The notes under the pieces: generated by a model
Told to the model about the DNA's origin: nothing
The model's database searches: none
Seen by the model: the letters and a program-made list of their open reading frames with translations, nothing else
Shown here: positions 45,523 through 55,721 of the stretch, one piece after another
Numbering within the stretch: position 1 is the stretch's first letter
How the letters are laid out: each line of letters opens with the position of its first letter
Source of the DNA: Victivallaceae bacterium
GTDB taxonomy: Bacteria > Verrucomicrobiota > Lentisphaeria > Victivallales > Victivallaceae
Length of the DNA: 64,000 nt
NCBI GenBank assembly: GCA_045596885.1
Contig: JAZODE010000147.1
Span: 465 to 64,464, forward strand
Reading direction: 5' to 3'
Made by a program: the position numbers and the translations under genes

Positions 45523-46384
45523 AGAAATCCTCCTTTTTCAATATTTGCAGATCCCGGTTTTCAACGCCGAAAAAACGCCTGCCGTTGGCACTTGCAAGCT
45601 GGCAGAGTTCGCTGATGGAAACGCCGCGGACCTCCGCGACCTGCGCAGCGATCAGCCCCAGAAATCCGGGGTGGTTTTCCTTGCCCCGGTAGGGAATGGG
45701 AGCCAAGTAGGGTGAATCCGTTTCAAGAAGCAGTCTGTCAGAAGGAAGACGGCGTGCCGTTTCCCGGATGTTCTCAGCTTTGCGGAATGTGACCATTCCT
45801 GTAATGCCGATATATCCGCCAAGATCCAGGATCCTTTCTGCCCACTCCCAGCTGCCGGTAAAACAATGGACCTCAAAGCGCCCGCCGGAAGAGACAAACT
45901 CCTCAAGCAGCGCCATGCCGTCACGGAACGCTGCATCATCGCCCTGATCTCTCAGGTGAACGATCGCCGGTTTGTCCCATTCAAGGGCAAGTTTGAGAAA
46001 ATCAGCAAAGACCTTGCGCTGTTTGTCTGCGGTCTCTGCGGCGTAATAGTAATCCAGCCCCAACTCCCCCACCGCAGCCAGCAGGGGATCGTTGCGGAAT
46101 GTCTCAAATTCACTGATATCACCGGAAAAACGCTCCACGCTGCCGGGGTGGACACCGGCGGAAAAAATACAATCCGGAACCGCATGGGCGAACTCGCGCG
46201 CCCGGAGACTTTCCAGAAAGTCGCCTCCAACGGCGTTAAGCTCCAAAGTCGCAGGAAAAACGCCTGCCCCCAGAGCTTCTGTCAGGATCCTGTTGCGGTA
46301 TTCTGCAGGAGAGGCTTCTCCTGAATAATGAAAATGGGTATCAAAAAAATGCACTTGAAACTCCAAAAAAGAAATTGTGGTCAC
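45515..46384 (-). CDS. TatD-family metal-dependent hydrolase
   Basis: Motif FFDTHFH and a later VHLRD/HCF histidine pattern. GTG start overlaps the lptF/G stop (GTGA). Alternative GTG at 46354. Confidence 0.85.
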   Translation of the reverse strand: MTTISFLEFQVHFFDTHFHYSGEASPAEYRNRILTEALGAGVFPATLELNAVGGDFLESLRAREFAHAVPDCIFSAGVHPGSVERFSGDISEFETFRNDPLLAAVGELGLDYYYAAETADKQRKVFADFLKLALEWDKPAIVHLRDQGDDAAFRDGMALLEEFVSSGGRFEVHCFTGSWEWAERILDLGGYIGITGMVTFRKAENIRETARRLPSDRLLLETDSPYLAPIPYRGKENHPGFLGLIAAQVAEVRGVSISELCQLASANGRRFFGVENRDLQILKKEDFYG

Positions 46385-47661
46385 TGCCGGTCAAAAAAGA
46401 CCCGCCAGATGCCAAAGATAATAAAACCTGCCGTAGGAAGAGTTCCGGCAATGATGGGAGGGATAAATCCCCCTTTACCGAAAATCAGGAACACCTGGGC
46501 AATGACGATATAAGCGACAATAATGACCACCGCCGAAATCACTGCCAGCAAACTGCCGGTCCGTTCGTTTCTGGTCGCCAGAGGGATCCCCAGAAAAACA
46601 GCGATCAAACATGCCCACGGAAAGGAGATGCGGTAATAAAACAATGTCATGTAAATACTGCGGACCCGATCCGGCATATTGGGATTCCGTCTGACAAGAT
46701 CAAGGATGACCGTGGTTGAAAGGTCATCTTTTTCACGGACGGCATTTCTGATATCGTCGGGCCGTTCGGGGATCTGATCTCTGTGAAAAACAACAATACG
46801 GTATTTTTCATCTTTGTGGACTTGGGATGTTCCCCGGCTGGCGGAGTTATCATATTCATCTTTACGGTCAAAACTGATGAAATGACCATTCTCAAAAGTC
46901 CAGATCCTATGTTTCCTGTTAAAGGAAACTTTCTCTGCGAATATGTCGATTTTTCTGCCATTGAGAGCTTTGAAGAGAGCCTCTTTCTGCCCCTTGCGGT
47001 CCAGTGCCAATATTCTGGATGAGTGGGCAGGCAGGATCCGTTTGATCAATTCGCGTGCCTGGGGGGTAGAGGTATCGCCGATAAACTGGCGTATCAGAGA
47101 TTCATTCCAAAATGTCCTCAATGTCACCTGTTTTTGCTCTGTCCCTGTGACAAAAGAGCTGAAAAGCCAATGGCGTTTGCCGTCAGGACTGCGGTAAGCC
47201 AGCAAATGCCGGACATCTTTTCGCCGCTCTGCCGCCGACGCATAAATGCGTTCAGCCATATTCTCCGTGCGGGGCACCAGAAACTCATTGAAGTAAACGT
47301 TGACGCCGGTCACAACCACACCGACGGCAAAAATAGGAACGCCGCAGCGGAAAAGAGAGACGCCGGAGGCACGCATGGCAGTGATTTCGAGATTTTTACC
47401 GAAGGTCGCCATGCACCACATGCAGCCCAGCAGCATGGACATGGGCAGTATAAAACGGATGTTTCCCGGAAGTTTCATCAATAAAAACTGGGCGATCACG
47501 CTGAAAGGAGCCTCTCCGTCCAGAAAATCCGAAATGTTGTTATACACATCGCTCAATATGAAAAGTGTAATAAACACCATCATCAGGATACAATATTTGA
47601 TCAGAAATTCACGCAGGATATACCAATCCAGGATCCAAAGGGGAAACCAGCGCCGCGGCAT
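46381..47661 (-). CDS. LptF/LptG-family LPS export permease
   Basis: N-terminus ILDWYILREFLIKY is typical of the YjgP/YjgQ family. Start at the ATG at 47661; the track ORF begins 19 codons upstream. Confidence 0.85.
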   Translation of the reverse strand: MPRRWFPLWILDWYILREFLIKYCILMMVFITLFILSDVYNNISDFLDGEAPFSVIAQFLLMKLPGNIRFILPMSMLLGCMWCMATFGKNLEITAMRASGVSLFRCGVPIFAVGVVVTGVNVYFNEFLVPRTENMAERIYASAAERRKDVRHLLAYRSPDGKRHWLFSSFVTGTEQKQVTLRTFWNESLIRQFIGDTSTPQARELIKRILPAHSSRILALDRKGQKEALFKALNGRKIDIFAEKVSFNRKHRIWTFENGHFISFDRKDEYDNSASRGTSQVHKDEKYRIVVFHRDQIPERPDDIRNAVREKDDLSTTVILDLVRRNPNMPDRVRSIYMTLFYYRISFPWACLIAVFLGIPLATRNERTGSLLAVISAVVIIVAYIVIAQVFLIFGKGGFIPPIIAGTLPTAGFIIFGIWRVFFDRQ

Positions 47662-47730
47662 AGTAAAAAGCTTGCTGCACTCTTTGATATTATATGATTT
47701 TCTCACTGTAAAAACCACTCCATTATAAAG

Positions 47731-48630
47731 TCATCGTCTGGGATGCAGACGCCTTGAAACTGCCAGGGCACCGTTGGGGTCCACATGGGTGTAAACCTCA
47801 GTTGTAGAAATATCGCTGTGACCGAGCATTTCCTGAATACAACGCAAATCGGCTCCATGTGAAAGCAGATGGGTCGCAAAACTGTGCCGGAGCGTATGGG
47901 GATGGACTCCGCCATTGATGCCGGCTCTGACAGCCGCCTCCTGAACGATGCTCCATACCCATTCACGGTTGAGCTTTTTACCGTTTTTGGAAAGCAGCAG
48001 CCAGGGGGCTTTGGGATTTTTTTCCGCCAGCACCGGGCGCGCCACTGTCAGATAGCGGCGCATGACCCGGAAAGCGGGCTTTCCACAGGGAACCACTCTT
48101 GTTTTACTCCCTTTTCCTGTCACCCGGAGCAGACCGCCGTCGATGTCGCACTCTGCTACCTTGAGAGAGGTCAATTCAGATGCCCGCAGACCTGATCCGT
48201 AGAGCAGTTCGATCATCAACCGGTTTCTCATTTCCAATTCTCCTTCTGTGGTACTGAAGGCTCCAATCAATTTGTCCACATCAGACTCAGAGAGAAAATC
48301 CGGCAGAATCTTCCACCGCCTGGGAGAATCCATGACAGCTGTAAAATCTCTTTCGATGCGCCCCTCATCAGCCAGATAGCTGAAAAGGAGCCTCAAGGAA
48401 ATAAGTCTTCGCGCAACTGTTGAACTTTTCAGAGGATGTTCTTTACAGTATTGCAAATAATCCAGAAGGTCATCCATGTTGAGAACAAGCCAGGAACTTT
48501 TACCGGAGTCAGTAAAAAAATCTGCTGCATCCTTCAAATCAGAGGCGTAAGCCGACACAGAGTTGCCGCTCAGCCCCCGTTCTATGGTCAAATACCCCGT
48601 TAGTAAAGTGATATCCCGGTCAAACCCCAT
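47731..48630 (-). CDS. xerD: Tyrosine recombinase XerD/XerC
   Basis: Catalytic pattern RASEL..., HTLRHSFATHLL and LGHSDISTTEVYTHV. Confidence 0.9.
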   Translation of the reverse strand: MGFDRDITLLTGYLTIERGLSGNSVSAYASDLKDAADFFTDSGKSSWLVLNMDDLLDYLQYCKEHPLKSSTVARRLISLRLLFSYLADEGRIERDFTAVMDSPRRWKILPDFLSESDVDKLIGAFSTTEGELEMRNRLMIELLYGSGLRASELTSLKVAECDIDGGLLRVTGKGSKTRVVPCGKPAFRVMRRYLTVARPVLAEKNPKAPWLLLSKNGKKLNREWVWSIVQEAAVRAGINGGVHPHTLRHSFATHLLSHGADLRCIQEMLGHSDISTTEVYTHVDPNGALAVSRRLHPRR

Positions 48631-48653
48631 TCAAGCTCCCTTCCGGCAGAAAT

Positions 48654-49358
48654 TCACTTGACGGAACTGCGCTTGCTGTACCGGTGACACTCTTCAAGAT
48701 AGGAGACGGCTTCCTCAGCACTGTCAACGACTTTGAAAAGATCGATATCTCCGGGAGAAATCATTCCGTCGTCAACGAGCTGTTGTTTGAACCAGCCCAC
48801 GAGTCCATTCCAGAATTCACTGCCCACAAAGATGATGGGGATCATGTTGATCTTACCGGTCTGCACCATGGTCAGAACCTCTGACAATTCGTCAAGGGTG
48901 CCGAAACCGCCGGGGAAAACGATGACTGCAGAGGAGTACTTCAGGAAACAGACTTTCCGGACAAAAAAGTAACGGAAAGAAAGAGACTCATTCTGGTAGG
49001 GGTTGGGATACTGTTCCATAGGCAGCTCGATATTGAGCCCCACGGAACGGCCGCCTGCTTCAAAAGCCCCTTTTGAGGCAGCTTCCATGATCCCGGGACC
49101 GCCCCCGGTGATCACGCCGTATCCGGCATTGACCAGCTGTTTTCCCACTTCCACAGCCTCGTTGTAATATTTGGAATCTTTCGGGGTCCTTGCAGAACCG
49201 AAGACAGACACATGGAGCTGCCGGACATTGCCCATACGATCAAAAGACTCCACAAATTCAGACATGATCCGCAATATACGCCAAGACTCAGCCGGCATAA
49301 AATCAAGGTTGCTGCCGTAATTGCTGCTGTTGTCAAATTCCTGACTCATTTTCCACAC
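48654..49358 (-). CDS. LOG-family (TIGR00730) nucleotide phosphoribohydrolase
   Basis: Motifs GGGPGIMEA and PGGFGTLDE. Confidence 0.88.
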   Translation of the reverse strand: MWKMSQEFDNSSNYGSNLDFMPAESWRILRIMSEFVESFDRMGNVRQLHVSVFGSARTPKDSKYYNEAVEVGKQLVNAGYGVITGGGPGIMEAASKGAFEAGGRSVGLNIELPMEQYPNPYQNESLSFRYFFVRKVCFLKYSSAVIVFPGGFGTLDELSEVLTMVQTGKINMIPIIFVGSEFWNGLVGWFKQQLVDDGMISPGDIDLFKVVDSAEEAVSYLEECHRYSKRSSVK

Positions 49359-49379
49359 TCCTGAAACTCTGAGCTGTTT

Positions 49380-49832
49380 TTATTCAATAGGTGCAAGCTG
49401 CTGATACACAGGATCAACACCGGGAGAACTGAATGCTTTGGGAGCATTGGCAGGTCTCTTCCGCAGCGCAGGGTATTCATAGTTGAGATAGAATCTCTTC
49501 CCCTCACTCAGATCCTCAAGAACCACAGCATTGCGTTCAGCATAAATATTGTAGCTGAACTTCCACAACTTGCCGATTTCCCGCTCCATGTCAAATCTTA
49601 ACAGCCGGGAATCGGGATCGATAGTATATTTACCGCCCCACTCCCAATAGGTCAGAGAGCCGGGAATATTCTTCCCTGCTTTGACACGGAGAAAGATGAG
49701 ATCCTCATAAACCATAGCAAACTCGCCACGGTCTTTTCCGGTGTACTTTCCCCCTTGAAGCTGCAAATTCCGGCAGCCAGCCACGGTAAAAAGCACAGCA
49801 AACATCAAAACGATCCCGCAAAGATTCCTCAT
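49380..49832 (-). CDS. Hypothetical lipoprotein
   Basis: Lipobox FTVAGC after a hydrophobic signal. No recognisable domain. Confidence 0.6.
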   Translation of the reverse strand: MRNLCGIVLMFAVLFTVAGCRNLQLQGGKYTGKDRGEFAMVYEDLIFLRVKAGKNIPGSLTYWEWGGKYTIDPDSRLLRFDMEREIGKLWKFSYNIYAERNAVVLEDLSEGKRFYLNYEYPALRKRPANAPKAFSSPGVDPVYQQLAPIE

Positions 49833-49854
49833 AAAATCCCTCCCTGAAGTTAGC

Positions 49855-52407
49855 TCAAATCACGATATTGATAAGACGCCCCTTAACGAAAATAAACTTC
49901 CGTATCTCTTTGCCCTCCACCAATGCGGCGATTTCGGGCTGTTCAAGGGCAGTTTTCCGTGCAGTTTCCTGATCGCAGTCAACGCTGACCATGATCCGCT
50001 TGCGGGGCTTGCCGTTGATCTGGATCATGACCTCGACCTCATTGACTTTGAGTTTCTCCTCATCCCAAAGGGGCCAGGCGACGTACGCGATGGACTCTTT
50101 ATGTCCCAGATGTTCCCAGAGTTCTTCGCCCAGGTGGGGAGCAAAGACAGCAAGCATCTGGACAAACTTTTCGGCAGCTTCTCTGGGAATCTCTTTGAGA
50201 GCGGCAAGTTCGTTCAAACAGACCATCAAAGCACTGATCGCCGTATTGAATCCGAAATTGTCAAGGTCGTTGGAAACCTTTTTAACAGTTCCGTGAATGA
50301 CTCTGGCAAGCTCAGGGGAACACTCCTTATCCACGACAGGAACAGTTGCAAGGACACGGCAGGCACGCTTGAGGAAGCGGAAAACCCCTTCCACACCGGT
50401 GGTGTTCCAGGGCTTCACAGCCTCCAGGGGTCCCATGAACATTTCATAGAGCCGCATACTGTCGGCGCCGTATTTGGCGATAACATCGTCGGGGTTGACC
50501 ACGTTGCGCAGAGATTTGGACATCTTGGCAGGGAACTCCACCAGTTTTTCGCCGTCTGCTTTACGGACGGGACCTTCGGGAGTGAACTCAACCTGATCGG
50601 TGGGCACCAGAACGCCGCGGGTATCTTTGTAGGAAATACCCAGGATCATGCCCTGATTGATAAGTTTTTTGAAAGGCTCTTTGGTGGAAACCAGTCCCAG
50701 ATCATAGAGGACCTTGTGCCAGAAACGGGCGTAAAGCAAATGAAGCACAGCGTGTTCCGCCCCGCCGACATAGAGATCGACGGGCATCCAGTATTTTTCC
50801 TTGGCAGGATCCCAGGCGGCATTGTCGTTGCCGGGATCGATGTAACGCAGGTAATACCAGCAGCTTCCCGCCCACTGGGGCATGGTATTGGTTTCGCGGC
50901 GTCCTTTGCGTCCGGTTTTGGGGTCCACATAATTGACCCAGTCAGCGGCTTTGGCAAGGGGAGGCTCCCCGGTGCCGCTGGGCTTGAAGTCGCTCATCTG
51001 AGGCAGTTCAACGGGCAGATCGTTTTCGTCCACCAGCTCAATGGAACCGTCTTCATAGTGGATGATGGGGAAAGGCTCACCCCAGTAGCGCTGACGGCTG
51101 AAAAGCCAGTCACGGAGTTTGTACTTGACAGCGGCTTTGCCCTGATTCTTTTTGGCAAGGAACTCAATGACAGTGTTTTTGGCATCTTCAACTGAAAGTC
51201 CATTGAGGGAGACCTCGGCATTTTCGGAGTTGATATGTTCGCCTTCGCCCACCCAGCAAGCCTTACCGGCAAGGATATCCTCGTAGTTGACGCCAGCCTT
51301 CTCAGCAACTGCTTTTTCAGGTTTCAGAATGCAGATCACAGGCAGATCAAACTTTTTGGCAAAGTCAAAGTCCCGGTCGTCATGGGCAGGGACAGCCATG
51401 ATGGCGCCGGTTCCGTAAGAGATAAGGACATAGTCTGCGATCCAGATGGGGATCTGCACGCCGTTCACAGGGTTGATGGCATAAGCGCCGGTGAAAACAC
51501 CGGTCTTGTCGGTAGCATTTTCGGCACGGGCAAGGTCGCTCTTGTTGGCAGCTTCTTTGCGGTAGGCGTCAACAGCAGCTTTCTGCTCAGGAGTGGTGAT
51601 GGAATCCACCAGAGGATGCTCAGGAGCAAGAACCATATAGGTGGCACCGAAAAGGGTATCGGGACGGGTGGTGTAAACGGTGATCTCCACACCGGCAGGG
51701 GTTTTGAAGATCACTTCGGCACCGGTGGATTTGCCGATCCAGTTGCGCTGCATCTCTTTGATGCCTTCGGGCCAATCCAGATCGTCAAGATCCTGAAGCA
51801 GTCTTTCGGCATACTCGGTGATCTTGAACATCCACTGTTTCATGGGGCGGCGCTCAACGGGATGATTTCCCCGTTCGCTGCGGCCGTCGATGACCTCTTC
51901 GTTGGCAAGAACAGTCCCCAGAGCGGGGCACCAGTTCACGGGAACTTCGGCAAGATAGGCAAGACCTTTCTTGTGGAGCTGCATAAAGATCCACTGGGTC
52001 CACTTGTAGTAGCCCCGGTCGGTGGTGTTGATCTCACGGTCCCAGTCATAGCTGAAGCCCAGAGCCTTGATCTGACTGCGGAATTTATCCACATTCTTCC
52101 TGGTGGTGATCTCAGGATGAGTTCCCGTTTCGACGGCGTACTGCTCGGCGGGCAGACCGAAAGCATCCCATCCCATAGGGTGCAGCACATTGAATCCCCG
52201 CATCCTCTTGTAGCGGCAGGTGATATCGGTTGCGGTGTAGCCTTCGGGGTGTCCCACATGCAGTCCTGCGCCGGAGGGATAGGGGAACATATCCAGACAG
52301 TAATATTTGGGTTTGTCAGAAAAATCATCAGCTTTGAAAGTCTTGTTTGACTCCCAGTAATTCTGCCATTTCGCCTCAATGGACTTGAAATCATATTCCG
52401 GATTCAT
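49855..52407 (-). CDS. leuS: Leucine--tRNA ligase
   Basis: HIGH-type motif HVGHPEGY and the KMSKS motif. Start MNPEYDF at 52407; the track ORF begins 3 codons upstream. Confidence 0.97.
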   Translation of the reverse strand: MNPEYDFKSIEAKWQNYWESNKTFKADDFSDKPKYYCLDMFPYPSGAGLHVGHPEGYTATDITCRYKRMRGFNVLHPMGWDAFGLPAEQYAVETGTHPEITTRKNVDKFRSQIKALGFSYDWDREINTTDRGYYKWTQWIFMQLHKKGLAYLAEVPVNWCPALGTVLANEEVIDGRSERGNHPVERRPMKQWMFKITEYAERLLQDLDDLDWPEGIKEMQRNWIGKSTGAEVIFKTPAGVEITVYTTRPDTLFGATYMVLAPEHPLVDSITTPEQKAAVDAYRKEAANKSDLARAENATDKTGVFTGAYAINPVNGVQIPIWIADYVLISYGTGAIMAVPAHDDRDFDFAKKFDLPVICILKPEKAVAEKAGVNYEDILAGKACWVGEGEHINSENAEVSLNGLSVEDAKNTVIEFLAKKNQGKAAVKYKLRDWLFSRQRYWGEPFPIIHYEDGSIELVDENDLPVELPQMSDFKPSGTGEPPLAKAADWVNYVDPKTGRKGRRETNTMPQWAGSCWYYLRYIDPGNDNAAWDPAKEKYWMPVDLYVGGAEHAVLHLLYARFWHKVLYDLGLVSTKEPFKKLINQGMILGISYKDTRGVLVPTDQVEFTPEGPVRKADGEKLVEFPAKMSKSLRNVVNPDDVIAKYGADSMRLYEMFMGPLEAVKPWNTTGVEGVFRFLKRACRVLATVPVVDKECSPELARVIHGTVKKVSNDLDNFGFNTAISALMVCLNELAALKEIPREAAEKFVQMLAVFAPHLGEELWEHLGHKESIAYVAWPLWDEEKLKVNEVEVMIQINGKPRKRIMVSVDCDQETARKTALEQPEIAALVEGKEIRKFIFVKGRLINIVI

Positions 52408-52453
52408 AAACAACATTCCTTAATAAATAATGAAACAAAAACGCTTTCGTGAT

Positions 52454-52482
52454 AATATACCACCATCTGAGTATTTTTTCAA
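52454..52482 (-). promoter_or_regulatory. Putative leuS promoter
   Basis: Minus strand TTGAAA, 17 nt, TATATT, with TGGTATATTATCAC. Confidence 0.6.
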
Positions 52483-52531
52483 TATCTTTCCTGTTGATAT
52501 GTCAGGTTATTTTCACAAGAAAAACGGCTCC

Positions 52532-52560
52532 TTGAAATTCTGCGGGAAAAGTGGTATATT
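52532..52560 (+). promoter_or_regulatory. Putative promoter of the GH2 gene
   Basis: TTGAAA, 17 nt, TATATT, with TGGTATATTATCAC. Confidence 0.6.
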
Positions 52561-52602
52561 ATCACTTGAAGTGAAGTGTAAATCCCGTAAAGGTACAAAA
52601 AC

Positions 52603-54912
52603 ATGAAACAGTTGATCGACAACCAATGGCAGTTCCGGAAAGATGACGGCAGTTTTTCCGATTTTGACAAACTCCCTGTACGCACCCTTGATGTGCCCCA
52701 TGACTGGTGCATAGAAGAGGGGGCGTTTGCCAAAGAAAATTATATTCCGAGTGTCCGCGAAGAGGGGCATCTTGAATTCCGTCACGACTCCTTTCTGCCC
52801 AGAGGATGCGGTATGTACAGAAAACATCTTGAGATACCTCAACTCTTTGAAAACCAGAAGGTTTTTGTTGAATTTGAAGGTGTTTTCGGTGAAAGCACTT
52901 TCTATGTTGACGGCATAAAAGCCGGGGAAAACATTTCCGGTTACACGGGGGCGGTCTATGATATCACCCCTTTTGTTTCAGGCAAAAAAGAAACGACTCT
53001 GGAACTCCACGTCTCTGCCGAAAGGATGCAGGGGTGGTGGTATGAGGGCGGCGGCATCTACCGTCATGTCCGGCTGATCGTCAAGCCTGCTGCGCACCTG
53101 GTTCCCTGGGGAACAGCGGTCACGGCTTCTGAGATCACCGCTGCTTCAGCCGGGATAAAGGTAAAAACGGAGATCGCCGGCGTCACTTCTGAAACCATTC
53201 TCAGTCTTGAGATCTTCACTCCGGAGGGGAAAATTGCGGCAAAGGCGGAACAATTCCTTGCCAAAGCAGAGTTCGCGATTTCTGAATTTGATCTGACGGT
53301 GGATTCGCCTCAGCTCTGGGATATTGATTCCCCCTGCAGATACCGGGCTGAGCTTTCTCTCAGGAGTACTTCGGGTGTTGACAGCGAAAGTGTCAACTTC
53401 GGGATCCGTTACTTTGAATTCACCCCTGACAGAGGATTTTTCCTTAACGGCAGACATCTGCAGCTGCGGGGCGGCAATATCCACCACGATTTCGGCGGTC
53501 TGGGCACAGCACTGCCCGATCGTGCTCACGAAAAAAATGTGGAGGTGCTCAAAGAAATGGGTGCCAACATGATCCGTTCCTCGCACAATCCTGCCGCCCC
53601 CGCTCTTATGGAAGCGTGCGACAAACTGGGAATGCTTCTCTGGGCAGAGACCCGGAACCTGCATCCGGAAAAAGGTGCTGAAAAAGACCTGACTGCTCTG
53701 ATCCGCCGTGACCGCAACCATCCTTCCATTATCCTCTGGTCCCTTGCCAACACGGCGGGGGGACAGAATGGGAACCCCGATCTGACACGCAAACTGAAAG
53801 TACTTCATGACCTCGCCCAAAAACTTGATCCCTCCCGTCCGACAGCGGTTGGTCTTGAGGCCAATGCCGATGCCAACGCCAACGGTTTTGCTGATACTGT
53901 GGATGTGGTGGGTTACAACGGCGGCGGCATGGGGGGCAAGGATGAACGGGACCACCTCACTTATCCCGGACGCTGTGAAGTTGTCAGCGAATATGCTTCA
54001 GGCAGAGGCGCCCGCGGGATCTATTGCGAAGAGGAGTTCGGCGAAAGCGGTATCTTTGAAATACTGGGGGATGGACGCAAAGTTGCCCGGAACGGAAAAT
54101 ATTGCTCAGAGCTTGCCCTGCTCCAAGTCCACGCAAGAGAATGGGAACATGTTATGAAGAATCCCTATCTTGCCGGGGGATTGATGTGGTCCGCTATTGA
54201 GTACCGCGGCGAAACCTGCGGCTACCCGGTCGTAACCAGCCAGTTCGGAGTGTTGGATCTCTGCCGTTTTCCCAAGGACACCTTCTACTACTACCAGATG
54301 CAATGGACCGACAAAGATGTACTCCACATCTTCCCCCCATGGAACAGAAATGTTCCGCCGGGAACAATGGTGGAGCTTTACTGCTGTTCCAACTGCGATA
54401 CCGTCACTCTTGAGCTCAACGGAAGGATCATCAAAGAGGAGGAAAAACTTGAAAAAAACAAGTATGCGGTCTGGAAAATCCCCTACGAACCCGGCACTCT
54501 TACCGCCATCGGTAAAAAGAATGGCAAGGTGATCTGCCGCAAAAACCTTGTCACCCCCGGAGCCCCCGCAAAATTGAAGATCACTCCTGACCGTGCGTCT
54601 CTGCAAACCGGAGATATCTCGTTCCTGCGGATCGATGTCACAGATGCCGAAGGCAACTTTGTCCCCGATGCTGCAGTAGATCTGGAAATCTGCGTATCCG
54701 GGGGCACACTTGCGGGAGTCTGCTCAGGCGATCCTGCCAGTCACGAAAGGGAAAACACTCCTTTTATCCGTACTTTCAGCGGATCCGCCCTTGCCATCAT
54801 CAAAAGCAGCGCCGCCCCCGGGAAAATCACGGTAACGGTCAAAGGCAAAGAGTTGCAGAGCGCAGAATGCGTCTTTTGGTCAGCCATTCCCCCGACTGGA
54901 ACTCAAAGGTAA
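52603..54912 (+). CDS. Glycoside hydrolase family 2 (beta-galactosidase/beta-glucuronidase-like)
   Basis: GH2 sugar-binding, Ig-like and TIM-barrel layout, with NMIRSSHNP and WSLANT motifs. No signal peptide. Confidence 0.9.
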   Translation: MKQLIDNQWQFRKDDGSFSDFDKLPVRTLDVPHDWCIEEGAFAKENYIPSVREEGHLEFRHDSFLPRGCGMYRKHLEIPQLFENQKVFVEFEGVFGESTFYVDGIKAGENISGYTGAVYDITPFVSGKKETTLELHVSAERMQGWWYEGGGIYRHVRLIVKPAAHLVPWGTAVTASEITAASAGIKVKTEIAGVTSETILSLEIFTPEGKIAAKAEQFLAKAEFAISEFDLTVDSPQLWDIDSPCRYRAELSLRSTSGVDSESVNFGIRYFEFTPDRGFFLNGRHLQLRGGNIHHDFGGLGTALPDRAHEKNVEVLKEMGANMIRSSHNPAAPALMEACDKLGMLLWAETRNLHPEKGAEKDLTALIRRDRNHPSIILWSLANTAGGQNGNPDLTRKLKVLHDLAQKLDPSRPTAVGLEANADANANGFADTVDVVGYNGGGMGGKDERDHLTYPGRCEVVSEYASGRGARGIYCEEEFGESGIFEILGDGRKVARNGKYCSELALLQVHAREWEHVMKNPYLAGGLMWSAIEYRGETCGYPVVTSQFGVLDLCRFPKDTFYYYQMQWTDKDVLHIFPPWNRNVPPGTMVELYCCSNCDTVTLELNGRIIKEEEKLEKNKYAVWKIPYEPGTLTAIGKKNGKVICRKNLVTPGAPAKLKITPDRASLQTGDISFLRIDVTDAEGNFVPDAAVDLEICVSGGTLAGVCSGDPASHERENTPFIRTFSGSALAIIKSSAAPGKITVTVKGKELQSAECVFWSAIPPTGTQR

Positions 54913-55718
54913 GAGGGATTGCGTTTCACAAGTTCCGTGACGGTCTCAAAAGTCTCCCGGCACCCCAGGAGCATACAAGGAGCGTTGCCGAAAAGAAAGT
55001 CTTTAATGACCTTTTTTTCGCGCAGCGCTTTTTCCACATGAGGGGTAAGGCGTGCAATGTTGGCAACACGATGCGTTTCGCAGCACTCAACTTTTCTGCC
55101 GTCAACATCGAACAATTCCGTTTCAAAGGGGATCTCAGGCATACGGCACGTTTCGGGGAACGCCCACTCAAGGACGCCGTGAAGAAAGGTCATCTCTTCA
55201 ACAGAAACACCCAGCAGCAGGATCTTCCCCTCCATTTTCAGCAGTTTTTCCCACGGGGAGTTTTTACTGCATCCGCTCCGGCAGAGTTCATGCCCGGAAA
55301 CAAACGCATCTGCGTTTCTTCCAAACGCCGCCACCGAACTTGTGAGAGAAAGAGAACGGCGGAATCCGGGCGTTTTCAATGCCTGATTGGGCAGCGCTCC
55401 CGTACATGCGGGCATATCGGCACGGAAACGCCGCACATCCTGTCTGGCAAGTCCGTAGGCAAAACAGTATTTTTGCGGCACAGGACAGGATCTGCACCAA
55501 TCTGATTCAGGATCCCACGGATGCAGCAGCGTATAGGTCATGGTCGGGAAAACACAAAGTCCCCCGGAACCGAAAAAGTCACAAAAAACCTGAAGCAATC
55601 CCCCGATGCCGCCTTCCACAGCTCCCACTGACGAAACGGAAGAGTGGATCACAACATTGTCATCACAGCGTAATCCGGCGTCAAGCAACGCCTTTTCAAG
55701 CTCTTTCTTTGTAAACAT
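54903..55718 (-). CDS. AAC(3)-family acetyltransferase (second paralog)
   Basis: N-terminal family pattern DAGLRCDDNVVIHSSVSSVGAVEGGIGGLLQVF. Confidence 0.82.
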   Translation of the reverse strand: MFTKKELEKALLDAGLRCDDNVVIHSSVSSVGAVEGGIGGLLQVFCDFFGSGGLCVFPTMTYTLLHPWDPESDWCRSCPVPQKYCFAYGLARQDVRRFRADMPACTGALPNQALKTPGFRRSLSLTSSVAAFGRNADAFVSGHELCRSGCSKNSPWEKLLKMEGKILLLGVSVEEMTFLHGVLEWAFPETCRMPEIPFETELFDVDGRKVECCETHRVANIARLTPHVEKALREKKVIKDFLFGNAPCMLLGCRETFETVTELVKRNPSYL

Positions 55719-55721
55719 CTT

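Noticed and set aside
47731-48630. The tyrosine recombinase as the integrase of a mobile element or genomic island.
   Set aside because: It has an XerC/XerD-like full catalytic signature and sits in a housekeeping string (lptF/G, tatD, rsmG, LOG). There is no flanking tRNA, direct repeat, phage gene or transposase. It is most simply the chromosomal dimer-resolution recombinase.
16403-52350. Many other long antisense or shadow ORFs. Examples are 16403..17368, 17911..19338, 28664..29830, 34654..35529, 38079..39140, 39486..40457, 40755..41756, 50101..51195 and 51235..52350.
   Set aside because: Each lies fully inside a confidently identified gene on the other strand (AstE-like, beta-helix protein, ackA, rpsK/rpsM, DUF4838, AAC3/cutC, leuS). 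None has its own SD, promoter or motifs.
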